A stretch of 59,638 nucleotides of DNA, filler included. It is 5 parts of 5 records of this genome, joined end to end, with 100 filler letters (N's around TTAATTAATTAA, not from the genome) between each part and the next. Parts side by side here need not be neighbours in the genome. Positions count along the whole stretch, not along the records: positions 45,460 to 53,306 come from SRR31156797_21933; positions 53,407 to 59,638 come from SRR31156797_21940; 3 more parts are not named here. One strand, written 5' to 3'. Both the position numbers and the translations under genes were made by a program. Position 1 is the first letter of the stretch. Every line of letters begins with the position of its first letter. Below are positions 52,186-59,638 of the stretch, piece after piece. The notes under the pieces are model-generated. The model was given only the letters and a program-made list of their open reading frames with translations, searched no databases and was not told where the DNA came from.

Positions 52186-53217
52186 ATGAACCTAGATAAA
52201 ATTAGATATTATAACCTTGGAGATAGAGAAGAGTTGCCAGGATATGGTCTCAATGGCCTAATTCGTATCCCTAAAAAAATCCGGAATGTATTGAATGAAA
52301 GAGCTCGTTTTATTGGAATGGATTCTGTTGGGATAGAAATACAGTTTGTTACAGATGCACCTAATATAGAATTATTGGTTTCAACGCAAGATCCATTATA
52401 TAGTGATTTTGGAGAGATTAGAATATATAAAGGCAATTTCCTGCATAAAATTATTAATATAAATCCTGGAATCACAAAAAAATACAGTATAAATCCCCCA
52501 GAGGATTTCAGCCTAGCAAATGATGAAATGTTATGTAATAAAGGGTTTTCTCCGAATGTTTGGAGGATGGTATGCAATAATTCAACAATAGTACTGCATG
52601 GAATCAATGTCTACGGACATGATATTCGTCCACCAAAAAAAGATGAGATCCCTAATTATGATTGGCTAGCGTATGGTTCATCAATCACTAACTCCAGCCT
52701 TGATGGGTATCCGCATTTTGCGGCAAGCAAGCTTAAGGTACAAGTACAAAATAAAGGGTTCCACGGTTCTTGTCATATAGAAAAGGAATTAGTGGATTAT
52801 ATGCTTGATGAGTGTGGTTTTGATTTCATCACATGTGAACTTGGAGTTAATATGAGAGATAGTTTTTCTGTCCAAGAGTTTGAGATAAGAGCAACGTACT
52901 TAATTAACAGGTTAATAGCTCTTAGAAAGCCTGCCATGATTATAACTACATTTCCAAACAGCCAATCAAAACGTTTCATAAGAAAAGAAAATGATATTTC
53001 TAGGCATGAAACAGCATTTAATGATATTCTTATTAAACTAGTTGATGAAGCTGACTGCCCATATATTAAATTAATTAATGGTTATAATATTCTGGATGAT
53101 ATTAATGGACTGAGTGCAGATCTTATTCATCCTACCAATTATGGGCATGCAATTATGGGAAATAATTTAGCGCATTATTTAAGGATGTTTCTTTTGGATT
53201 GCGGATTGGAGATTTGA
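52186..53217 (+). CDS. SGNH/GDSL-type esterase
   Basis: YGSSIT (Ser nucleophile block), NKGFHG, ELGVN and DLIHP (DxxH). Confidence 0.82.
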   Translation: MNLDKIRYYNLGDREELPGYGLNGLIRIPKKIRNVLNERARFIGMDSVGIEIQFVTDAPNIELLVSTQDPLYSDFGEIRIYKGNFLHKIININPGITKKYSINPPEDFSLANDEMLCNKGFSPNVWRMVCNNSTIVLHGINVYGHDIRPPKKDEIPNYDWLAYGSSITNSSLDGYPHFAASKLKVQVQNKGFHGSCHIEKELVDYMLDECGFDFITCELGVNMRDSFSVQEFEIRATYLINRLIALRKPAMIITTFPNSQSKRFIRKENDISRHETAFNDILIKLVDEADCPYIKLINGYNILDDINGLSADLIHPTNYGHAIMGNNLAHYLRMFLLDCGLEI

Positions 53218-53306
53218 CCATTTGGGGAGCAAATTCGGCTCTGCACTCAGAAAGCAGCTTAAATAGTGAGCGATTTGGTTCTGGTGCAAAAAAATCAATA
53301 ATAGTG

Positions 53307-53406
53307 NNNNNNNNNNNNNNNNNNNNNNNNNNNNNNNNNNNNNNNNNNNNTTAATTAATTAANNNNNNNNNNNNNNNNNNNNNNNNNNNNNNNNNNNNNN
53401 NNNNNN
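53307..53406. other. artificial contig spacer
   Basis: N44-TTAATTAATTAA-N44. Confidence 0.98.
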
Positions 53407-53590
53407 GCACGCTTACGGCACCAACATTGAAGGAGACTGGGACACGGTGTTTAAAGCAGTTAAAGACTGCCACGAAAAAATCCATGATATGGGTGCCCCC
53501 AGAATAACAACAACCATAAAACTTGGCACCAGGACCGACCGGAAGCAGGTCATGGAAGACAAGATCAAAAGCGTTAAAGAAAAGTTATAG
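53407..53590 (+). CDS. MTH1187/DUF77 thiamine-binding family protein, C-terminal fragment
   Basis: Not in the ORF track. Translated by hand: HAYGTNIEGDWDTVFKAVKDCHEKIHDMGAPRITTTIKLGTRTDRKQVMEDKIKSV...*. Confidence 0.88.
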
Positions 53591-53859
53591 TACTGGGGCT
53601 TATCCCGGCCTGCACCCTTGGTTTGACGCCTTGAGTATTGGCCGGGACAAATAAGTAATAGCGCTGCTTTTAGTAAGCACCTGAAAGCTTGGGAGCTTTC
53701 CAGCGGATGGAAGGCTCCCCATGGGACTGGACGGTCTGCCCTACCTGCTGTGCATCCACGAAAGTGAACTGGTCCTTCACATAAATTCAATATACACCCG
53801 GCATAGGCATTTATCGGACAGGCAAGGGGAAGGATAAATAAAACCAGCACAGCCCCGTA
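53591..53859 (+). ncRNA. candidate structured non-coding RNA of unassigned family
   Basis: At least four stems, G-U pairs that work only on the + strand, a GAAA tetraloop and complementary ends. Confidence 0.4.
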
Positions 53860-54027
53860 ATGAAATAAAAATCGACAGGGCTGATAATATGAACATATTA
53901 TATGTAAAAAATGCCATAAAACCGGCATATCAAATACACACTTCTAGTTACATAAATTACATAATATTTAATTAAATAAAATCTCTCGTTTTTCAACGCG
54001 GGTCTTCAATATATATATCCACTTTAA

Positions 54028-54083
54028 AATCAGATATTTAGAAACTACTAATGCGTTTTTTGTCTATGGGTATAGGTATTGCA
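54028..54083 (+). promoter_or_regulatory. sigma54 (-24/-12) promoter with an upstream IHF site
   Basis: GG-N10-GC in GGGTATAGGTATTGCA (54068-54083). AATCAGATATTTA (WATCAR-N4-TTR) at 54028-54040. Confidence 0.65.
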
Positions 54084-54188
54084 AATAACAAATCCAACTG
54101 ACAAAAATAACTTTACCTGAGCTTGAAAAGACAAAACGCGTCATGGGAGATCGTTAGATTGCCTGGCGAATTACAAAAGGAACTATAA

Positions 54189-54920
54189 ATGAAAAAGTTG
54201 ATATTATTTTTATGTGTTTGTTTTTTTGTGGTGGGTGGAGCGCCTGCATTTGCCATGAACATTGATATTTGGGAAGTTACGTATAACAATGCCACAAAGA
54301 TCAATAATTGGATTGGGTCTCAAGACGGTTCTACTCATGTTTTAGAAGATTTTGAAGACATTGATGCGGGGTGGTATACCAAAAAAGATACAGGCGTGGG
54401 GACATTCACTGCTGAAGGCCAGAGCGGCAAAGGGGCCACTTCATATAAGGATTCTAATGATCCTTATTTTTCTATTCAGAACCACGAATCTTACTGGTAC
54501 GGTCGCAGCAATACGACAAAAAGTGAAGGCGCAAGTCAATGGTTAGACTCTGGAGATATTACTCTGCTCACATTGACGCTTAAAAATAAATCATTGACGA
54601 ATTTATTTTTTTATATGCAGGACCCATCTGATGTTCCTGGTACTGAGACTGAAATGTCCATTATAACTGAAAAAAATGGTAGAGCTTACAACACCAGTTG
54701 CACCTTTTCTGGTGAAAAGGATAAGGCAAGTTTTTTTGTTGGTATTTCATTGACCGACGATGAAGAAGTCCTTTCCAAGCTTTCCTGGTTAACGAATGTA
54801 CAAAATGACGGCTTTGGCTTAGATGATTTTTCAACTATCCAGAACCCGGAACCTGCAACAATGTTTCTCTTTGGATTTGGCCTTATTGGGATTGCAGGTA
54901 TTACCAGGAGAATGTCTTAA
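54189..54920 (+). CDS. PEP-CTERM sorting domain protein
   Basis: Signal peptide ending AFA. C-terminal NPEPATMFLFGFGLIGIAGITRR (PEP, TM helix, basic residues). Confidence 0.93.
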   Translation: MKKLILFLCVCFFVVGGAPAFAMNIDIWEVTYNNATKINNWIGSQDGSTHVLEDFEDIDAGWYTKKDTGVGTFTAEGQSGKGATSYKDSNDPYFSIQNHESYWYGRSNTTKSEGASQWLDSGDITLLTLTLKNKSLTNLFFYMQDPSDVPGTETEMSIITEKNGRAYNTSCTFSGEKDKASFFVGISLTDDEEVLSKLSWLTNVQNDGFGLDDFSTIQNPEPATMFLFGFGLIGIAGITRRMS

Positions 54921-54942
54921 ACAAACTGAGATTTTACTTTAT

Positions 54943-54983
54943 AAGCAGCAGGGATATTTAAAAAAGGCCCTGCTGTTTTTTTT
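54943..54983 (+). terminator. intrinsic terminator after the PEP-CTERM gene
   Basis: AGCAGCAGGG...CCCTGCTGTT stem followed by a T-run. Confidence 0.75.
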
Positions 54984-55164
54984 AGGATACCAGCGAGGGC
55001 ATCATCAATCTTGAACCCTTGTGCTGGTAAAAAAACTGAGAGTCTTGAATTATAAGTTTCCTTAGAGTAAAAAATGATAATTTAAGATCTGCCCTCATTC
55101 TAACATCCTGCCATTCTATGCCTTTAATTCGTCCTGTTTTTCTGTTTTCATCGCTATTTCCTTT

Positions 55165-56184
55165 TCAGGTTGCCAGTTCGTATGCGCGTTGCGCGGCCCC
55201 CATCAATGCAGCCCTGTCTTCACGGATGACCTGGACCGGAATGGCTGTCATAAAGTCGTGAAAACGCCCCTTCGAGACAAACCCCTCCATGAAGGCGGCC
55301 TTTTTCAGTGCCGGTAAAATTTTGGGCGGGATGCCGCCCCCTAAGTAAACGCCACCCGTGGTCATGCCGGTGAGTGCCAGATTACCCGCCACCGCGCCGA
55401 AGATGCGACAAAACCGCTGCAGGGCATCCGAGCAGAGTGAATCGTCCCCGTCGATGGCGTGGCGGGTGATGACCGCGGCCGGATCTTCGGTCGCCATGGC
55501 CCGCCGGACCGCCGGCGAAGGCGCTTGGCCATCGCTGGAACGCAGCCAATCGAAGATGTTGACCAGTCCCTGGCCCGAGAGCACGCGCTCGACGCTCACG
55601 TGGCCGAAGCGTTGGTACAGGAAGCGCCACAACTCGAGCTCCGCTGTATCGTTGGGGGCGAAGTCGGCGTGGCCGCCTTCCGAGGCCACGGGCCGGTACC
55701 CTCTTCCCTCCGGGAGCAGGAGGGCCTGCCCCAGACCGGTTCCCGGGGCGACGATAGCCATATTTCCACCATTTTGCGGCTGACCGGGATTCAAAGTAGT
55801 CAGAGCATTGGACTCCAGCCGCGGCGCGGCGATGGCCGTTGTGGCCAGATCATTGAGAAGCTCTACCTGCCGCCAACCAAATGCGCGGCGCAGAAGCTCC
55901 TCGGAAACCGACCAGTTCAGATTGGTGGGACGGCAGGCACCGCCCACCACCGGGCAGGCGATGCCGAAGCAGGCGGCCGCTATGGTCGTTTCACGACGAC
56001 CGAGGATATCGCTGATCATCTCCTCCAGACCAGCCACATCCCGGCTGGGATAAGTGACCATCACCAATGTCCTGGGTCCGCCTGCGTCGATCGCATAAAG
56101 GCCCAAGTGGGTCTTGGTACCGCCGATATCGCCCGCCAGGACTACTTTTTCTCCCTCCGGAAAATGCTCGTGTTCATTCTTCAT
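55165..56184 (-). CDS. glk: glucokinase (Glk family)
   Basis: [26 protein letters not shown] and YLGGGI motifs. Confidence 0.93.
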   Translation of the reverse strand: MKNEHEHFPEGEKVVLAGDIGGTKTHLGLYAIDAGGPRTLVMVTYPSRDVAGLEEMISDILGRRETTIAAACFGIACPVVGGACRPTNLNWSVSEELLRRAFGWRQVELLNDLATTAIAAPRLESNALTTLNPGQPQNGGNMAIVAPGTGLGQALLLPEGRGYRPVASEGGHADFAPNDTAELELWRFLYQRFGHVSVERVLSGQGLVNIFDWLRSSDGQAPSPAVRRAMATEDPAAVITRHAIDGDDSLCSDALQRFCRIFGAVAGNLALTGMTTGGVYLGGGIPPKILPALKKAAFMEGFVSKGRFHDFMTAIPVQVIREDRAALMGAAQRAYELAT

Positions 56185-58874
56185 GCCACTGTCTCCTTAT
56201 TTTTCCATCCTCCGGATTGCTGGATCAGTTTGGCGACAAGCCCGGTCCAGCCGGTCTGATGGGAGGCGCCCAGTCCAGCCCCGTTGTCACCGTGGAAGTA
56301 CTCGTAAAACAGCATGTGATCGCACCAGTGGGGATTATTCTGAAACATCCGCTGACCGCCGTAGATAGGGCGCCCGCCGTTGCCATTCGGCAAAAACAGG
56401 GTAATCAGGCGCCGGGACAATTCAGTGGCCACCTCACCAAGGGTCATCATATTTCCGGATCCGGTGGGGCATTCCACTTTCAGCGTATCTCCATAGTAAT
56501 GATCGTATTTCTGCAGGGATTCGATCAGCAGGTAGTTGATCGGAAACCAGACCGGACCGCGCCAATTGGAATTGCCCCCGAACAGGCCGCTTTCGGACTC
56601 GGCCGGCTGGTAGGAGATGGTATGGGTATGGCCATTCACGTAAAAATGGTAGGGCGTTGCTTGGTGAAATTTCGATACCGAGCGGATACCGAACGGGGAT
56701 AAAAATTCATTTTCATCCAGCATCGGCTTCAGGGTCCGGATCAGCCGTTCGCGGTTGACAACCGTCAGAAGCCGGCGTGCATGTTCGCCTTCTGCTTTGA
56801 CGCAGGCCACATCGCCGCTGTCCCGCAGATAGAGCCGATTTTCAAAGAACCAGTTCAGGCGCCGTTTGAAGTCAGGCATGCGGTTGACCAGATCGGGCTC
56901 CAGAGTTTCCACTACCAGCAGCGGCATCAGGCCTACCAGAGATCGAACTTTCAATTTGGCATAGCCCCCATCCGGCAGGTGCAGAACGTCGTAGAAGAAT
57001 CCGTCCGCCTCGTCCCACAGGCTCTTGCCGCCATGGCACACGTCCGTCATGGCACGAGCGATCCGCAGAAAGTGCTCGAAGAATTTGCTGGCGGTGTCCT
57101 GATAAACCGGGTTATCCCTGGCCAACTCCAGGGCAATCTTCAACATGACCAGGCAGTAAAAGCCCATCCAGGAAGTCCCGTCGGACTGATCGATGTGGCC
57201 GCCGGTGGGGAGCGGAGCACTGCGGTCGAACACGCTGATGTTGTCCAGCCCCAGAAAGCCGCCCTGGAACACGTTGTTGCCATCAGTATCTTTCTTGTTG
57301 ACCCAGCAGGTAAAGTTGAGCAGCAGCTTGTGGAATATGCCCTCCAGGAAGGTCCGGTCGGCGCCTCTCTGCTGCTTGGCGTCGATTTTATAAACCCGCC
57401 AGGCCGCCCAGGCATGCACCGGGGGGTTGACGTCGCCAAATTGCCATTCATAGGCCGGGAGCGAACCATTGGGGTGCATGTACCATTCCCGGGCCATCAG
57501 GTCGAGTTGGCGTTTGGCGAAATCGGCATCCACGAGGGCCAGCGGAATACAATGAAACGCCAGGTCCCAGGCCGCGTACCACGGGTACTCCCACTTGTCC
57601 GGCATGGAGATGATGTCGAAATTGTTGAGATGCTCCCATGCACTGTTGCGCCCATGACGGCGCGACGCCGGAGGCTCCGGAAGGCCGGGGTCGCCCTGAA
57701 GCCACTGCTCGACATTGTAGTAGTAAAATTGCTTTGTCCACAGCAGGCCGGCCAGCGCCTGCCGCTGCACGTGTCTTTCGTTTTCACTCAGGTCCGGATT
57801 CTGGATTGAGCCGTAAAATTCATCGGCTTCGGTTTGACGTTCGGCTACAATCGCATCAAATTCGGCAAAGGGTTCCTCATGTCTGGTGGCGGCCAGCCGC
57901 AGGCGAAATGTCCGTAATTGACCCGGATCAATAACGGCGTCAAATAACGCAGCAACCTTTGTGCCTTCTTTAGCCGGGTTGACGGCATCTGTTTCGCCCT
58001 CTACCAGGTAGCGGTGAAAGGCATCTTTGACAAAAGGGTGCGCGTTGGGGGTATTGCCGAATCGTGCGGCGTTCGTTTCATTGTCCGTGAAAAGCAGGTC
58101 ATCGGCGTTTTCAATGTGCCAGAAATAATCGCCGGCTGCCGGGTGCTGAATCTTCACTGCCGAAAGACCGCCGGGCTCCTCGATCTGCTTCAAGTGCGGA
58201 CGGCCGGCAACATCGTTCATCGGGCCGTTTTCATAGCCCCAGGACCAGGTGTTGCGAAGCCAAAGGCCGGGCAGTGCAGCGCATCTGGCGGTCTCCGGCC
58301 CACGGTTAATCAAGCTTATTCTGGCCAGAATATCATCAGGGCTCGCTTTGGCGTACTCGATCACCACATCGAAATAGCGATCGCCATCGAATGCGCCGGT
58401 ATCCAGAAGCTCGTACTCGAAGTCCTCAAATCCGCGCCGCCGGTTCTCGGAAACCAGATCGGCATACGGGTATCCGGCCTGGGGATATTTATATAGCATC
58501 TTCATGTAGCTGTGCGTGGGGGTGCTGTCAAGGTAGAAGTAATATTCCTTGACATCCTCGCCGTGATTGCCCTCGGCGCCGGTCAGCCCGAACATGCGCT
58601 CCTTTAGGATCGGATCCCTGCCGTTCCAGAGGGATAGGGCCAAACAGATATATTGATGGCGGTCCGAGATTCCGGCGATGCCGTCTTCCCCCCAGCGGTA
58701 GGCCCGGCTGCGGGCATGATCGTGCGGGAAGTAGTCCCAGGCACTGCCATCGGCGCTGTAGTCCTCGCGGACGGTGCCCCAGGATCTTTCGCTGAGATAG
58801 GGACCCCATGTTTTCCAATTGGCCTGGTGCTTTTGGTACTTTTCAAGACGTTGATGCTCTGCAGTAATTTTCAT
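56181..58874 (-). CDS. GH63/MGH1-like alpha-glucosidase
   Basis: [32 protein letters not shown] and [11 protein letters not shown] motifs. Confidence 0.9.
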   Translation of the reverse strand: MKITAEHQRLEKYQKHQANWKTWGPYLSERSWGTVREDYSADGSAWDYFPHDHARSRAYRWGEDGIAGISDRHQYICLALSLWNGRDPILKERMFGLTGAEGNHGEDVKEYYFYLDSTPTHSYMKMLYKYPQAGYPYADLVSENRRRGFEDFEYELLDTGAFDGDRYFDVVIEYAKASPDDILARISLINRGPETARCAALPGLWLRNTWSWGYENGPMNDVAGRPHLKQIEEPGGLSAVKIQHPAAGDYFWHIENADDLLFTDNETNAARFGNTPNAHPFVKDAFHRYLVEGETDAVNPAKEGTKVAALFDAVIDPGQLRTFRLRLAATRHEEPFAEFDAIVAERQTEADEFYGSIQNPDLSENERHVQRQALAGLLWTKQFYYYNVEQWLQGDPGLPEPPASRRHGRNSAWEHLNNFDIISMPDKWEYPWYAAWDLAFHCIPLALVDADFAKRQLDLMAREWYMHPNGSLPAYEWQFGDVNPPVHAWAAWRVYKIDAKQQRGADRTFLEGIFHKLLLNFTCWVNKKDTDGNNVFQGGFLGLDNISVFDRSAPLPTGGHIDQSDGTSWMGFYCLVMLKIALELARDNPVYQDTASKFFEHFLRIARAMTDVCHGGKSLWDEADGFFYDVLHLPDGGYAKLKVRSLVGLMPLLVVETLEPDLVNRMPDFKRRLNWFFENRLYLRDSGDVACVKAEGEHARRLLTVVNRERLIRTLKPMLDENEFLSPFGIRSVSKFHQATPYHFYVNGHTHTISYQPAESESGLFGGNSNWRGPVWFPINYLLIESLQKYDHYYGDTLKVECPTGSGNMMTLGEVATELSRRLITLFLPNGNGGRPIYGGQRMFQNNPHWCDHMLFYEYFHGDNGAGLGASHQTGWTGLVAKLIQQSGGWKNKETVA

Positions 58875-58947
58875 GTCAAGGCTCCTGAAAAACGATTATT
58901 TTGTCACTGAAATGGAATCGTGTATCCAACATAGTTGCCTTCTTCGC

Positions 58948-59638
58948 TTAGCGGTTGTAGGTCGACGATGCGGTCGCGCCACCGCGGCCCGTCCAGTTGG
59001 TGTGGAAAAACATTCCCCTGGGCCGGTCGATACGCTCATACGTGTGGGCGCCAAAGTAATCGCGCTGGGCCTGCAGCAAATTGGCCGGCAGGCGCTCCGC
59101 GCGATACCCATCGTAGTAGGCCAGTGCCGAGCCAATTGTCGGCAGGGGGATCCCCAGTTGCACCGCCGTACCCGCCACCCGTCGCCAGCCCTCCTGGGCG
59201 GTTTCCAGGGCCTGCCTGAAAAAAGGCGCCAGGAGCAGATTGGCCAGCCCCGCATCGGTGTCAAACGCCTCCTTGATCCTGCCGAGAAATGCCGAGCGGA
59301 TGATGCATCCTCCCCGCCACATCAGTGCGATGCCGCCATATTTTAGACCCCACCCCTGCTCGGCGGCCACGGCCCGCATCAACTGATAGCCCTGGGCATA
59401 GGAAACGATTTTGGAGGCGTACAGCGCCTGCTCCAAGTCATCAATCATCGCTGTCCGGTCGCCTTCGAAAGCGGCCTGGGGTCCCTTGAGCACACCTGCG
59501 GCCGTGGTGCGCTCATCCTTGAGGGCCGACAGGCAACGCGCAAAAACCGCTTCGCCGATCAGTGTCAGGGGCTGGCCCACATCGAGGGCGTTGATGACTG
59601 TCCATTTGCCGGTGCCCTTCTGGCCGGCCGTGTCGAGA
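58948..59638 (-). CDS. gnd: 6-phosphogluconate dehydrogenase (decarboxylating), 5' part outside the window
   Basis: The frame extends to the window edge through [21 protein letters not shown] and [12 protein letters not shown] motifs. Confidence 0.96.
   Translation of the reverse strand, partial: LDTAGQKGTGKWTVINALDVGQPLTLIGEAVFARCLSALKDERTTAAGVLKGPQAAFEGDRTAMIDDLEQALYASKIVSYAQGYQLMRAVAAEQGWGLKYGGIALMWRGGCIIRSAFLGRIKEAFDTDAGLANLLLAPFFRQALETAQEGWRRVAGTAVQLGIPLPTIGSALAYYDGYRAERLPANLLQAQRDYFGAHTYERIDRPRGMFFHTNWTGRGGATASSTYNR

Noticed and set aside
53218..53306. Possible IS end at the edge of contig 4
   Set aside because: Too short, with no inverted-repeat partner or transposase sequence to support it.
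53591..53859. tmRNA, SRP RNA, or a TPP/SAM/glycine riboswitch as the identity of the structured region
   Set aside because: It starts GGGGCT but has no T-arm/CCA end, no SRP helix-8 motif, no TPP CTGAGA, and only isolated short matches to SAM or glycine aptamers.
53413..53928. 171-aa minus-strand ORF
   Set aside because: Antisense to the MTH1187 fragment and across the structured region. The sequence does not look like a protein.
56781..57809. 342-aa + strand ORF and other long ORFs over GH63/glk/gnd
   Set aside because: Expected shadow ORFs in GC-rich coding DNA.

Overview
The window is not one locus. Four identical 100-bp artificial spacers (N44-TTAATTAATTAA-N44) join five contigs that look like they come from at least three phyla, so adjacency across a spacer means nothing. 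Taxonomic calls below are inferred from gene content and composition judged by eye. Contig 1 (1-23655, Desulfobacterota-like): a surface-glycan cluster (11 glycosyltransferase genes, an ABC flippase, a methyltransferase, a partial FAD oxidoreductase), then a UbiB kinase, leuB-cysK and a hybrid kinase pair. Contig 2 (23756-39562, Bacteroidota): ricT-holB, pgk, AsmA, a sensor kinase, an adenylate cyclase-HD fusion, USP, ilvE, a solo DUF262 gene and atpBEFHA. Contig 3 (39663-45359, Desulfobacterota-like): an MCP tail, a deaminase-radical SAM-TPR/methyltransferase operon and an SPFH/zinc-ribbon gene pair. Contig 4 (45460-53306, Clostridia-like): an internally deleted transposase and a DeoR-associated sugar locus whose GH32-like enzyme lacks the canonical acid/base Glu. 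Contig 5 (53407-59638): an MTH1187 gene tail, an unassigned ~270-nt structured RNA candidate, a sigma54-type PEP-CTERM gene and a GC-rich gnd-GH63-glk block. The best leads for new biology are the non-canonical GH32 locus, the structured RNA candidate, the deaminase/radical SAM/methyltransferase operon and the cyclase-HD fusion.
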